From the NCBI RefSeq assembly GCF_009914755.1, contig NC_060926.1: a DNA stretch of 64,000 nucleotides; one strand, written 5' to 3'. Shown in pieces: positions 47,769 through 63,910 of this stretch. Each line of letters starts with the position of its first letter. Position 1 is the stretch's first letter. The stretch is from the human T2T-CHM13v2.0 reference genome, Homo sapiens. A model generated the notes under the pieces. That model searched no databases. It had not been told where the DNA came from and worked only from the letters and a program-made list of their open reading frames with translations. Both the position numbers and the translations under genes were made by a program.

Positions 47769-49706
47769 AAGAAGATGGAACTGAGACCATGGGGAAACCA
47801 AGACATAGATTTCCAAAAGCAGAGTACTAGAGAGAAGAGAGCTGCATAGAGAGAACCCTAGAGGGTCCCCAACACGTATTTAGTACAGTAGTGATCACCA
47901 CATATTCATGAGAAAACTGAGGCTGAAGAAGAACAACCGAAAAAGATTAGAATGATGAATACCTGCCACACACACAGAACTCAATAGAGCCTGTTCCGAC
48001 AGCCCCACCGGAAATATCTAGGACACACAGATCATTGGGTAGAGTTCTCAGAAGGGTCCTGTCTCAGTAGTAGGTAAGGATCAGCTCTAAGCTGAGCATT
48101 GCTCTGCACTCAGCTAAAACACAGTAAAAGAAAAACTTGAAAGCACCCAACTGTTTCAAACTAGGTAACTGCATCCCTGAACAAAGCTCAAGGATGATGA
48201 TAGAAATACAAAAATACCCAGGATCTAACAACACAATTCTCAATATTTGGCATCTAATCAAAACCTCCAAGTGAGAAGAAAAATCATTCAAATGAAACTA
48301 ATCGAGAACTGACACAGATGTCAACTCTGACAATGATGTAAAAAGTTATTATAACTGTACTGCATATGTTCAAAAAGATGAACTGAGGCACAGAGATATA
48401 ATAAAGGCCAAAATCAAACTTGCTGAAATGAAATCTATATCCTAGGAGATGGAAAATTTACTGGATATTTTCAGTTTCAGATTCAACCTCAAAAGAGCTT
48501 GGAAATTATCACTTTATTCCTTACAACAGGAAAACAGCTGGACAAACTGAAAATCAATGACCTCTGGACCCATCAGAGAATTGAGGTTGCAGAGGAAACC
48601 ACCTTAAAATTTGGATAGACAGCTGAATGCTGAGATTCAGAGCTGAGATCCGCTTACTAGGAGCTAAAGCCTGAAGTCATAAGCTAATAGAAACACTTAA
48701 AAGGTAATTTTGACAAATTGCTGAAGGCTGAGAACTAGCAGGAGAGTGAGAAACTCCTGAGGCTGTAGTCTTCGGGAAGGGCCCACACTTTCACAGGTTT
48801 TACCTCCAGAAACCCCACCAGGTTCTCACAGTGAAGAGCTGGGAAAAAAATTACCTTATGTCTCTGGCAGGGGGATGGGGAAAGTAGCCATTTTGATACA
48901 TGATCAGTACAGTCTTCACTGGAAGGTTATCTTCTTCATGAGAACCAAGAGAGAACCACATTCAGGGTTATAAAACACACCTTAACTAAAATAAAGAGTC
49001 TGACTGCATTTTGTGATGTCTCACTACTAACGTCTTCTAAGCCTCACTCCTTTTTCCTTTCTGCACCACATCTAGGTAAGCTAATAAGAATCCTAGGTTA
49101 TTCCCCCTTTGGTACCAGTGGGAGTTTTAAACCATGCAAACTCCGTCCCATATGGAAACCCTCACTGTATCCCTACCTGAGCAAATTCCAAACTGAATAT
49201 ATACAATGAAACTTAAGTCAAGATACAACAAAATTAAAATTCTGAAAACTAAAGAGGAAAATCATGACAGTAGTCAGACATAAATAATAGATTACTTATG
49301 AGGGCACAACAATTTGAATAACAGCTGATTTCTCATCTGAAATCATGGAGGCTAAGATAAAGCAACACAACATTTTTAAGCACTTATAGCAAAGAACTGT
49401 TTCTTGTTAATTCTATGTCTTCAAAAATACCTTTTAGAAATGAAGGTGAAAAAGAAAAATTTCACATGAATAGCCTAACCTCCCACTTTAAGAAACTAAT
49501 AAAAGAAGAGCAAACTAACCCAAAGGCAAGTAGAAGGAAGAAACATATATAAAGATTAGAGTAAAATTAAAAACTAAATAGAGCTAGAAAACAATAGAAA
49601 CAACAAACCCAAAGCTAGGTCCTTGAAAAGATCAACAAAGTGGCAAATCTTTAGCCAGACTGATGAAGAAAAAAAGGGGGAAGAATCAAATTAGTAAAAA
49701 ATTAGT

Positions 49707-50049
<343 letters not shown>

Positions 50050-50634
50050 TTAATACTATGAAAAATTGTATGACAAAAACTTACATAATCAAGAGGAAAT
50101 GGACAAATTCCTAGAAAAACAAAACTAAGTAAAGAATACAGAAAATTTGAATATATCTATAACAAGTAGATTGACTGAGTTTTCTTTAAAAATTCTACAA
50201 AGAAAAGCCCAGTAGCAGTGGACTTCACTGGATAATTATATTAAACATTTAAGGAATAATTCACACCAATCCTTTATAAATTCTTTCGAAAGTAAAAGAA
50301 AAGGGAATATATCCTAATGCATTCTATGAAGCTGGTATCATTCTGATTCGAAAACTAACCAAATAAATCATTAGAAAACACAACTATTAGACCAATAATC
50401 CTTATGAATATGAACACTAAAATTTTCTACAAAATAGTGTCAAATGGAATCCAGCAGCACGTAAGAACAATTACATACCATGATTGACTGGAATGTACCT
50501 TAGGAAGACAAGATTGGTTTAACATATAAAAATCAATGTTATACACCACATTAGTAGAATAAGAGGAGGAAAAACACATAATCATCTCAACAGACACAGA
50601 AAAATCATTTGACAAAATCCAGCATCCTTTCATT

Positions 50635-50637
<3 letters not shown>

Positions 50638-50680
<43 letters not shown>
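50638..50680. repeat. (CA)~21 microsatellite
   Basis: Direct reading. Confidence 0.97.
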
Positions 50681-50683
<3 letters not shown>

Positions 50684-53600
50684 CAAATACTAAGAATAGA
50701 AGGGGAAGGGAACTTACTCGATCTGAAAAGGGGCATCTAGAATGAAAACACAGCTGATATAGAACTTAATGGTGATAGACTGAAAAATTTCCCCTAAATT
50801 CAAGAAGAAGTAAATGATGTCCACGCTGGCCACTTCTATTCAACATTGTACTGGAGGTCTAGCCAGTCCTTCGGTCAATAAAGTAAAATAAAAGACATTC
50901 AGCAAGAAAAGGGAAAACAGCAAAGCTATCTCTATTTGCAGATGACATGAATTTATACTGAAAATCCAAAAGAATAACCTGCAAAAATGTTAGAACTAAT
51001 AAGCTAATTCAACAAGGTAGTAGACACAAGATCAACATATAAAATAATCTCCATTTCTATATATTAGCAATGAAAAATCTAAAAATAAAATTAAGAAAAC
51101 AATTCCCAGGTACAAAATCAACCAAATGCAAAGAAAACCTACAAGATGGAACTCAAAAACTATGCATCTGATAAAGGCCTGATATCCAGAATCTATAAGG
51201 AACTTAAATCAACAAGCAAAAAACAAACAACTTTATGTGGGCAACGGACGTGAACAGGCATTTCTCAGAAGAAGATATAGAAGCCAAAAAACATATATAG
51301 AAGACAAAACACATATGAAACAAAAACACACATCACTAATCACCAGAGAAATGCAAATCGAAACTACAATGAGACACCATCTCACACCAGTCAAAATGAT
51401 TTTTGTTAAAAAGTCAAAAAATGACAGATGCTGTCCAGACTGTGGGGAAAAGGGAAAGCTTATACACTGTTGATAAGAATATAAACTAGTTGAGCCACTG
51501 TGGAGAACAGTTTGGAGAATTCTCAAGGAACTAAGAGTTGAGTTACCATTCAAGCCAGCAACCCCATTACTGAGTATATAGCCAAAGAAAAATAAATCAT
51601 TTTACCACAAAGACACAGCACCCATATGTACATTGCAGCACTATTCACAGTAGCAAAGACATGGAACCAACCCAGGTGCCCCATCAACAGTAGATTGAAT
51701 AAAGAAAATGTGATACATATATGCCATGGAATATTACATAGCTATAAAAAAAATCATGTCTTTGCAGCAACATGGATGCAGCTGGAGGCCATTATCCTAA
51801 GCAAACTAATGCAGGAACAGAAAACCAATACCACATGTTCTCACTTGTAAGTGGGAGCTGAACACTGAGTACACATGGACATAAAGATGGGAACAGTAGA
51901 CACTGGGGGATACAAGAGAGGGGAGGGAGGCAAGTGTTGAAAACTACCTATTGAGTGCTATGCTCACTTCCTGGATGATGAGCTCAGTTATACTCCAAAC
52001 CCCAGCATTACACAATATATCTTTGTAACAAACCTGCACGTATAACCCCAATTCTAAAATAAAAGTTGAATAATAATAACAAAATTTAACCTTAAAAAGG
52101 GAAGACTTGTGCACTAAAAGCTGCAAAACATTGCTGAAAATTTAAACAAGACCTTAAAAATGCAAAGATAGCTTATGTAGTGGATCAGAAAACTTAATAT
52201 TGTTAAAATGGCAACAGTCCCCAAATTGATCTACAGTTTCAATACAATACCTATCAAAATACCAAGTGCCATTTTTACAGAAATGGGTAAGTGGAAACTA
52301 AAATCATATGGAAATTTGAGCAAAGGAATAGCCCAATAGACAGGGATAACAAGGAAACAGCCAGAATAGATAAACAAGTCTAGAAAAAGAAGAAAAAAGT
52401 TGGAGGACTCACACTTCCCAAATCAAAACCTACTGCAAATCTATAGTGATCAAGAAAGTGTGGTGCTGGCATTATGTTAGAAATGTAGATGAATAAATAC
52501 AATGGAATTGAGGGTCCAAATATAAACTTGTAATTATATGGTTAACTGATGATTGGCACTTATGCCTAAATCATGTAAGGGGATACAGAATAACCTTTTT
52601 GTCAAATGATGGTTGTACAACTGAATGTATACATGCTAAAAAATGAACTTGGAACTCTACCTCAAATGGTATACAAAAAACAACTCAAAAGGGAATCAAG
52701 ACCTAGATGCAAGAGCTAAAATTACAAAACCATTAGAAGAAAGAATAGGTATAAATCTACATGATTTTGGATTAGGGAACAATTTCTTAGATATGACAAA
52801 TGCATGAGCAACCAAAGAAAGAGTAGATAAATCTACTTCATCAAAATTAAATTTTTATTCATCAAAACATACTATCTAAATAGTTATCTATTTAACTAAA
52901 AAACTAATATAAAACCCACACCATATATATAAAAGCAGTAATTAACTAAATTGAAAATATTAGTATATTGAAAATTGTAAATGCTTAAAAAGGAAATCAA
53001 ATAAGACCTAAATAAATACAGACACATGTCATGTTTACGGATTGGAACATTCAACATTGTGCAAACATCAACTCTTCGCAAATAGATCAGTAGGTTTAAC
53101 AGAATCCTGATCCAATTCCCAGAAAAGTTTTTGTAGACATAGATGCTTACTCATAAATGTACATGAAAAAGCAAAGGACTTATGATAACTAAACATGATT
53201 TTAAAAGGAAGAGTAAAGTTAGAGGGATAACTCTACCCAATGTTAATGATAACTATATAGCTAAAGTAATCAAGGCAATGTAGTATTGGCACACGAATAA
53301 ACACATAGACCAATGAAACACAATAGAAAGCCCAGAAATAGACTGATACAAATATACCCAACTGATTTTTGAAAAGGTGCAAACGCAGTTCAGTAAAGGA
53401 AAGGAAGAAGAGCTTTTCAACAAATGGTCCTGGAGCAATTGATCATCCACAGGCAAAAAAAGAGAAGATATGCTTAAATGTAACACCTAAAACCACAAAT
53501 CCTTTAGAAAGCATAGGAGGAAATCTTTGGGACTTAGAGCTAGCTGAAGTTATTAAAGTTGACACACAAAAAAATATGTAATTGAATCTCATCAAAATTT

Positions 53601-53685
53601 AAAACATTTGGTCCGTAAAAGACCCTTTAAAGACAATGAAAAGACAAGCTACAGAGTGGAAGACAATGTTTTCAAATCACATATC

Positions 53686-54074
53686 CTTCCAGCTCATCCA
53701 TGTCTCTGCAAAGGACATGATCTCATTCCTTTTTATGGCTACATAGTATTCCATGGTGTATAACAGCAAACTAATGCAGGAACAGAACACCAAACACTAC
53801 ATGTTCTCCCATGTTAAGTGGGAGCTTAACAGTGAGAACATATGGAAACAGGGAGGGAAACAACATATACTGGGGCCTTTTGAGGGAGTTGGGTTGGGAG
53901 AGGGAGAGCATTAGGAAAAATAGCTATCGCATGCTGGGGTCAATACCTAGATGATGGGTTGATAGGTGCAGCAAACCACCATGGCACACGTTTACCTGTG
54001 TAACAAACCTGTACCTCCTGCATGTGTACCCCAAAACTTAAAATAAAAATAAAATTTTTTTAAAAAGAAAAAAA
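53686..54074 (+). mobile_element. Short L1PA (PA8A-PA10-like) with 5' inversion
   Basis: Inverted piece 53686-53762, forward piece from 53764; TSD aaatcacatatcctt / aaaacgcatatcctt. Confidence 0.88.
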
Positions 54075-55112
54075 CGCATATCCTTAAAGGGACTTATATA
54101 GAGAGGATATAATACACTCTCAAAACTTAACAGTAAAAAATGCAAATAATCCAATGAGAAAATGGCAAAAGACATACAGAAACATTTTACCAGAAAGGAT
54201 ATACAAATTGCAAATAAGCACATGAAAAGATGTTCAACTCACTAGCTATTAGGGAAATGCAGATTAAAAACAATGCTCTCTCTCTTCACACCTATCGCAA
54301 AGGTTTAAAAAAGAAAATGATAGCACTAAATGCTGGTGAAGATACAGAAAAACGAACTCATACAATGCTGGTGAGAATGCCAAATGTAGACCAAACCCTG
54401 GAAAATGGTCACTTTCTTAAAACTAAACATGTACTTGCCATGCAACTGCACTCTTTGGCCATTATCCCAGAGAAATAAAAACTTACTTTCACACAAAAAC
54501 CTGTACAGGTATATTAATGGTAGCTTTATTCTTAATAGCCAAAACCCATGAACAACCCAAATGCTCTTCAAGAGCTGAATAATAAAGAAACTGAGAGGTA
54601 CCCCTATACCAAGGTATATACTACTTAGCAGTAACAAAAATGAAAGAAATATTTATACACACGGTGACCTGAATAAACCTTAGGAATATTATGCTAAGGG
54701 AGAAAAGCCAATCTCAAAAGTGCACATAGTATATGATTTCATTTATAGAACATTCTTGAAATAACAAAATTACAGAAAGGAAAACAAAGTAGTGTTTGTC
54801 CAGTGTTAGGGAGGGGGGTTGTTGTGTGGGTGTGGCTGTATAAGGGGGTAACAGGGGTGAGCTGCTCAGTGATGCAACCGTGTTTCTTGACTGTAGTGGT
54901 GGTGATGCAAATCTACATATGTGACAAAATCACACACACACAGGCAACGATGTCAAACTGGTAAAATCTGAATAAGCTCTGTGGATTGCTAATTTCCTGG
55001 TTTTGGCATTGTACTATAATCGTTCAAGATGTCACCATCAAGAGAATCAGGGTGAAAGATAAATGGGTCCTCCAGAACATTTGTTTGCAACTCCTTGTGA
55101 GCCTGTATTTCA

Positions 55113-55539
<427 letters not shown>

Positions 55540-58500
55540 TTAAATAAATTTATTAAAATGCCAATTAAGCTTTAGTAATAGAAAGCAGAGCAGTAGTTGC
55601 CTGGGACTATTTTGGGAAAATTCAGAGGAGGGAATGGGATTCAAGAAGGAGGAAGAATTTTTTGTGGTGGCCTGTATGTTCATTACCCTGCCGTGGTGAC
55701 AGCTTCCCAGGTGCATACATGCGTCAAAAGATAACAAACTGTATGCATTAAATATATGTAGTTTATTGAATGGCAATTACATTTCAATAAAACCAACTTT
55801 TTAAAAAGGCCCTCCCAGAGAAGAAATTAAAAGGAATGTCCCACAGCTACTTTATAAAGCAAGCATAACCCCTTAATACCAAAATCAAGGACAGTAAAGA
55901 AGGCAAAAATGACAGCCCATTCTTATGAAGTAAATACAGAGATCTTATATAACATACATTAAGTTGAGTTTATGCCAGAACTGCTAAATATTTAAACATT
56001 AGAAAACCTATCAGTGCGTTTTGTTAATCTGAAATGCTATTGATTATAACACATGGATGTTTAATGCAACACTAAGCAGAAAAGACTTTCCATTTGAAAA
56101 AAAAAATCTTCTCCAAACCTATAACAGACTATTGATTTTAAGGTAAATCCCTATTTTGGAAATATTGATATGCATGTCTTAGATAGATGATAAACAGTAA
56201 TTAAAACAAGCCATTGGAAAATGAAATACATTACTCATGTTTTAACACGGAAAAATATTTGGGTTGTATCAATAGATACTAAAAAGGCTTAAATCAAGTT
56301 TACCACCTATTATTCATGGTTTAAAAATAGGCAATTTCAGTGAGCAAGAAATAGAATTTCCTAAATGATAAAGAACATCTACAACAAACACTTAATAATG
56401 AGTCATTAAAAACATTTTCTTTAACACAGAAGTCACGATAACCACACTAAGTCAGCTAAAACAAAACAAGACAAAGAAGTCAGAGACATTATGATTGCTT
56501 ACTTAGAAAATTTAGGAAATTTATTAGAACCATTAGAACTAATTAGAATAAATGGTTAAACATGGTAGAACTAATGGTGAAACTACTTAGTATAAATGGT
56601 TGATTATCAGATGGATATGCAAAAATTAAAAACATTTCCATTGATTAGCAATAACCACTAAGAATAGGCAATAAAATAGAAGATTCCAGTCATGATAGCA
56701 CAGAAAATAAATCATATAAAATAATTCCAAATAAACACAGGCAGGACTTCTGTGTATATCAATGATAACTTGATTGAAAGGCACAGCAAAAAGCTGAACA
56801 AATGAAGAACTCCATCAGCCTAATGTCTGCCAAGATCCAACAGCTTAAAATGTCAGCTCTCCCAAAACTCATCTACAAATTCAATGTCATTCTAATCTAA
56901 ATCCCAGCAGAGTTTTCCCTGAAATTTGCCAGCTGATTCTAATATTTATGTAGAAACTTAATGGCCCAAGTATAACAAAGATGATTTTGCAAAAGAATAA
57001 GAGGGGGACACACCGTATCAGGGCTGGGACCTGAACAGAGGCCCACCCACCCTGCATCCCATGGGATAGCTGGCAGACCCCGGTCCAGCTGTGAGCCAGG
57101 GAGGAGAGCTCTCTGCTCGGCCACAGAATGACCCAGCCCTGGGCTAAGTGCTGGCAATGCAGCTGCTCTAGGCATGGGTGGGCACTTGTAGCTGATGTTC
57201 ATTTGGCTTGACACAGGTGCTGTTTGATTCTCCCTCCCCAATTAAATTCTGCAGTTCCACCAGTCATGGACATCATTTTGTAAAAACAAACATGCAATTA
57301 AGTTGCTTAGTGTCTAAGCTAGCTTGTAATGTAAAATGGGATCGTTTATACTGGTAATTCTGGAAGGGGAAAAAAGAGAAGAATTCTTTCTGCTTCCAGT
57401 TCAGGTCCTTATCTTATTTTTGCACATTTGCTCTCCTCTCAAATATGATGTGTTCCAATTGCCATTTTTCACAAGGAATGAGTTTGAGTCATTAAAAAGT
57501 TGCTCCCAAACACTGCAGCTGTGGCTAGGGGCTAGATAGCCCCCTCACCCACCCACCATGCATCTGGGTTTTGCAGCTACTCACTTACCTGTGACACTTG
57601 ATCCAGCTCTCACCCATGAATCAAGGGACTCCCCAAGAGCCTGTTCTCACCCAGAGAGGACCTTGGCAGAGAGCTGTGGACCCCCTCACCACACACACAA
57701 GGAAGAAAAGGAATCTCTTTCCTCACTACATCCACCCCGGGTGCCTGCCACCTAGCCCTGTGGCTCAGGGTTCCACAAAAGTGGGAGCCACTCCAAACAG
57801 CTGCCAACAGCTCCAGACAACTGGAACCATATCCCGGCCATGACTTGGTTGGGGCGGGGGAGAGTTGCCAAGGTGAGAGAGGACATTTTGCTAAGATTTA
57901 TGAAACGACCAAGGCAGTGTTTAGGCCAACCATGGAAAGGAAATCTTCTGTAGAAAGTTCTGGCTCCAGAGAAGGAAGACACAGAAGGTGTCTTCTATGG
58001 TGACACACAACACGTGGCCAAGCCCAAGCAAGGCCCGGGGAGGGATCACAATACATGTCTGGTGTTGTGGGATGAGTTGGGTATTCAAGCAAGAGGGAGC
58101 CCTAAAGAGGCGGGAGCTAGCAGAATTAGTGTTGCTGCCTCTGTGAGGCTGGTTTTCTCCCAGAGTAACCTAAATATCTGGTTGTCACTCCTGAAACAAA
58201 CACACGTGCACACACACAGGCATACAAACACAAGCAAACCATTGCACCAAGTACTGCAGAGCCACACACTTGCTGAGGACCCTGCAGGGGAGAGCAGTGA
58301 GGGGCTCTCCCCACGAGCCACAGGTCAAAGCCATGTGGGTAGTCAACTCCTTTCAGCCACGTCTGCTCTCCTGGAGGCCTGAGCTCTCCCCCACCCTCTC
58401 TGGTTGGGAGGGAAACCAGCTTCCACTCCCAGATCCCAGCTCCAGCCTGAAGTTCACCGCCACCCTCAGTGGGCTTACCAAAGGCTCCTGCCAGCTGCAA

Positions 58501-59009
58501 CTACCATGCCGGTGGTGGAGACGCCGTCACGTGTGCATCCACCTGGGACAGAAGCCTGTGCTTGGCTTTGCTCTATCAGGCCGGACCGATGTGTCAAAGC
58601 TGTAATAACTGCAGCAGCTGCAAATGGGCTCCAACCTGGAGTTTCAGAATCACCCTGCTCAGCAGAGCAACCTGGGAGCCTTGCTCTGGGGGATTCGATA
58701 AGAGGTCAGGAGACTTGCCGCAAAACGTTTATAAAATGACAGGCCAATCAGACAATCTGTGAACTTCATTTTTTCAGCTGCTGAATGGGGATAATGAAAG
58801 CTCCCTGCCACACACCAAAGGGTGAGTAATATGAGAAGAAACACACATGGTCCCCAGGGAGGGAGGGGATGCCAGTGTCAGGGTCACTAGCTCCACCCGC
58901 ATGGCCGAGCCCATGTGGATCTGTAGGAAACACTGCCTGTTCTGTGAGACGAAGCCCCCTTTGACTTTCTCGGCTGCACTCATTTTACGCTCCTGCTCCC
59001 ACTGCTGCC

Positions 59010-59398
59010 ATATTAGTGGGCTCTGGCTGCCGTAACAAAGTGTCACAGACAGGGCAGCTTAAACCACAGAAATGTATTTTTTCAAGCTCTGGAGCCTGGA
59101 AGTCCAAAATCAAGGTGCATGTAGGTTTGGTTTCTCCTGAGGCCTCCCTCATCTGCATGGAGGTGGCCGTCTGCTCACTGCATCTTGGAGTGGCCTCTCC
59201 TCTGTGCCTGTGCACCCCTGGTGTCTCCTCCCCTTCCTATCAGGACTCCAATCATATCAGATCAGGGCCCACCCTCAGCCTCATTTTAACTTCATCACCT
59301 CTTTACCTACCCTGTCTCCTAATACAGTCACATTCTGAGGTTCTGGGGTTTAGGGCTTCAACATATAAACTTGGGGGACACAGTGTAGCCCATAACAC
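59010..59398 (-). mobile_element. MaLR solo LTR (MLT1B-like)
   Basis: 'ctggaagtccaaaatcaaggtg', 'cacattctgaggttctggggtttagggcttcaacatat'. Confidence 0.8.
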
Positions 59399-61649
59399 CC
59401 CCCGTTGAGCTCTCCCCCTTCTCAGCTCAGTATAAATGCAGGGTGGGGTGGCAGGCACTCTCACTAAGTTTCCTCCTTCCATGATCTAATCCAGTCCATG
59501 GCCTGGCGTCCCATCTTTAGGCCATGCATTCGGCATGGAGGGGGTAGCTCAGGAGGAGCTGGTCACAAAGGGAAGGAAGTGCAGCTGCAGCTGCATGGAA
59601 TGGCATCGGTCAAGGAGGAGGCCCTGGACACTTCGTGGCCGCTGCTTCTCCCCTACGCTCAGTGGCCTCCTTTTTGGGGAATCGAAAGCCGGGGGCTGAA
59701 CTGTCCTGATCAGACAGAAGCATGAGCAGGACTCTGCTGCTGTATTGCTCAGCTCCCAGCAGCCTTGCTGTGGGCACGGGCAGATCCAGTGCCTTCCCTG
59801 GGGACCTGGAGGGACAGCTGTAAATGGGAAGACAGCGTGAAATGTTCACTGTGCACTAATGTGTGCTAACAACTTTGCCCAGATCAGCACAAAATGAGAG
59901 GCGACAGCTGTGCACAACCCCACTTCCCAAGGATGTTGGTGACATCACACCCATCATCCCTATCCGGCATCAGTGCCATCAGCTGTCCTGGCTGTGAGGA
60001 GCAGGCCAGGTGAGGCAGGGCCGGCACCAGAGTGAGTGGCCACAGCCGGCAAAGGCCTATAGAACCAGCAGGTCCTTCCCTCAGAGTCAGTGTAGAGCAT
60101 CCAACACCCATGCTTGCCACTGGCTTTTCTTTCTACACGTTCAGGACACCCGGGAAGATCTCCTGCCTAGTGGGAAAAAAACTCACTGTTTCCCTGAGAC
60201 AACTGGGACAGGGTCACAGCAGTGCCTGGGCCCTCCAGCTGAGACTGCAGTCGACAAGCGTGAGTTTAAGGAGAGGACAAGCAGGGTCCAGTGGAAAGCC
60301 TCACAGAGACCTGGGAGAAGGTGCTGTCTCAGGCTGGCCTGGAGAATCCACTACCTCCACAAGCGTGCCCTGCTTGGCGACCGGCCGCCTAGGAGGAGGC
60401 CCTGGGGTTTCTCCAGAGCTCCTCACAAGCTGAGTTCAGGGTGGAAATCCCTGCTACAGCATCCTAATCATCCAGATTCTTGAACACTCATTCAACCCAG
60501 GTAGTCCAATCTGCAAAGGGACAGTTTATGAGAAAGGCCTTTCTTCATTTGAGCCCATAACTGCTGTACACTGCTATGTGTGTGTGCGTGTGAACCTGCA
60601 GGTAATAGGCAGCACCGTGTGAAGTATGTATACCCCTGCTCAGCCGTTCCACAGACACCTATCCTTCAGAAATACCCACAGCAGTGTGAAAAACAGCAGT
60701 GTGCCAGGATGCTCACTGGGGAATAGTAATGATGCAATTATTGCATTAGGCAGGATGCACTGGGACTGTCCAGATGACCATGTCACAGGGTGTGGTGGCG
60801 ATTCCAGGGTCAAACGATGGATTGTATGTGATGACCTTGGAGATTATTCCAGTTGTAGGCACTTGACTGTTCAGCTATAGGAAGCTTTGGTCTCACTGTC
60901 TTCTATCTCACTGTCTCTTCCTTGCTTATGTCCCCACTCCCACTCCCACTGGCACAGGCTATGGAGAAGGGGACAGGCATTGGTGAGCACCCAGAGCCTC
61001 TGGGCCTCCCCCAGTCACTCTGCAGGGAGGGAACCCAATATGCCCCATTGAGCTCTCTTCTTGGAAGACCCCGCGAATCTGCCAAAGCACGCGCTCTCCT
61101 GCAGGCAGGAAACCTACAGAGCTGCCGTGGGGGCACATCACATCTGCCCACCCAGGGCAGGTAAGGCAGCAATGGCCTGAGGGCTACCAGGAATGGAGCT
61201 GGCAGGTGGCAGGGCCTCCAGTCTCTCCCCAGAGCACAGCACAAGTGTGGTTATGGAGGAGCAGAGACCACAGCAAGGCCCTAATGGAAACAATAAGGGT
61301 CAGTCTGGGGCCGAGTGCCAACCTTGCAGAGTGAAGTCTGAAGCATGGATAGGAGGGAAGCTGGAATGTTCCCCAAGCCAGTGCTGAAGCCCAGAACCAA
61401 GAGGAAGAAGAGAAAAGGAGGCCAGATCATGCAGTAGCAGCAGTTTCTATGTCTTCAGGCAGTGCAGAACCACTGAGAACAGTGAGAAAAATTGATAGAC
61501 CATCTACTTATTGACTTTTTGCAGGTGAGAATTTATGCCCTCATTTGCCAGACATTTTATTCAATCTAAAGTTTCCTCCCTCCTCTCGGGGTCTTTGGAA
61601 GTGGTGTGTTCAACCAGAGGAGCAGTCTACCAGTTATTTTCTATGCATT

Positions 61650-62186
61650 TGTGAAAGTTACAGACACCAGGATGAAATCACTCTTGTCAGACAGACCCAG
61701 ACAAAACAGGACAAACTAGACATGAAGGAGGGTGCTCATGCTTGCCTGTATAAAAACAGTTTCCAAGGACTTTCTCAAACCCCACAAGAAAACCCTTCAC
61801 ATCTTTCATGCATCTCCCACTCTGCATGGCTTGCACATTTCACGTGCATGCGTATATTTCTACGATAAGGTTTATCACTGGACATTCTTTGGGACGGCAG
61901 CAATTCAGATAAAATGCCCTTGAGAGAGCACCTGCCCAGTAACAACACCTCCACCAACGGACTGATGCCAGTGCTGACTTTGGGCCTCCAGAACTAGTGA
62001 AATCTATTTCCCAGCAGCTTAAGTGAATTCCTCCCTTTTGGCCAAAAAAGCTTCCTCTTACTGGTCGTCACTGGTCACACCTATGGCTTGCCATGGTATA
62101 TTCCAGATTGTAATCCTCTTTTCTATTTATCAATAAATTTAACACATTTGGAGATTCTTTTCTGGTATTCTTTTTATAGGTTGACA
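61650..62186 (+). mobile_element. Solo LTR (LTR47B-like)
   Basis: TG...CA termini with flanking catt at 61646-61649 and 62187-62190; internal AATAAA at ~62132. Confidence 0.7.
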
Positions 62187-63493
62187 CATTCAACTGAACT
62201 TTGCTGAGTTCCCGTTCATGCTGGAGACATAACAGCAAGCATCTTTCCCCTCAGGCTGCTCCTTGCTGGGATGGTTGAGGAAGGGCAAACGAGGAAATAC
62301 ACCTGCACAATAAGGTATGCTCAGTGCCAGGATAGTGTCAGGTCAGGTGCTTTGGTTGTACTAAGAAGGGTCACCCACCCAGTCACAGGAGTCTGTGGCC
62401 ATTCTTGGAAGGAATGACAGTCAAGTCAGGGCCCAAAAAATGAGCAGAAGTGAACTTGGCTGGGAACCAGGATGGGCCCAAGAAGAGATGAGGAGTCAGC
62501 AGACCATTGCAGGCACACAGCAGAGGGGCAGGTGCACACGAAGTCAGGTAACAAGAATAAGAACGTAGGTGCTTGTGAAACCTCAGCACATCAGTGTGAT
62601 GGAGCCAAAAACGGGCAGAGAACTGGATGGGGCACGTTAGGAATGTGGACATTTTATGAAAGGCAGTAGAAACCTAGAGAGTGACACAATTAGGTGACTC
62701 CTCTCTCTTTCAGGGTCCTAGCTGCCTGTTTGTTGCTTCTGTCCTGAAGCTCTGGGTACAACAGCAAGACCCAGATAAATCGAGGCCTGCATGGGAATGC
62801 TTTTCTAAGGGTTTCCTAGGCAGGTGTGTGAGGCTCAGGCCAGCCTGGCTCTCCTATGGTTTAATAATGTAGATGAAGGTTTGCTCCAGGAGTGCTGAAT
62901 GAAGCAGTGTCTTGAAACCACTGTTGGGTTTCCTTGGATGGGTTTTCATCTTAATAACCATTGTGCATACACATTCAGCCTCAGAGTTCCCTTTGCCATT
63001 ACTATAGGGACCTCAGGGAGGACAAAGCAGGGAGAGAAGAAATGGCTCTGCAAAGTAGCCAAGGCTTTCACGGTAGTGAGCATGAAAGGAGAAAGACCAG
63101 TCGGCTCCCTGAAGCTCCATTTTATCCCGGGCTTTCTTGTTGAGAACTGGGTGGGAACAAGTTTGCCTAAAGCTGCTGTGAGGTTTAGCATATACAAGTC
63201 TCCTTGCAGTGGAATCAGGGCAAAGGATCTCTTTCCCTAAACCTCCTTCTTGGTTTAGGAATGAATGTGCTCTCAGCCACTGGGTAGTCCTTGGCTTCCT
63301 AGATGTGGCTCAGAGAACAGCCAGAACAGGCTGTGAAGGCAGAGCGTCCCCATTCCACAGGAGCAGGGCCTCCATCCAGGGACAGTCGCTGCCTTGGGCC
63401 TGTGCCACTGGGTCTGGGTTCTGCCCTTTGTGGTGATGGAGGTTGTGCTGGATGGTCCACAGTTTTCTCCTAAGAATAGAATTCTGGGCATGG

Positions 63494-63809
<316 letters not shown>

Positions 63810-63866
63810 CTACTCACGGCTGGTGTGTTGGAAATAGTCCATAACCTCCCGCAATGCACTCCTTAC

Positions 63867-63910
63867 CTGGTGGGGGTGACCAGGTGCTCCCCATGTCCCA
63901 CACCACCCCT
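63867..63910 (-). other. Candidate 44-nt exon with Kozak ATG
   Basis: Acceptor ctctcctgcattttcAG, donor CAG|GTAAGG, contains GACATGG. Confidence 0.3.

Noticed and set aside
48920-49180. Possible LTR fragment inside the L1 mosaic
   Set aside because: No termini or TSD and no confident family assignment
57558-61387. Dense overlapping 60-157 aa ORFs
   Set aside because: Expected by chance at this GC content; no motif or exon structure supports them
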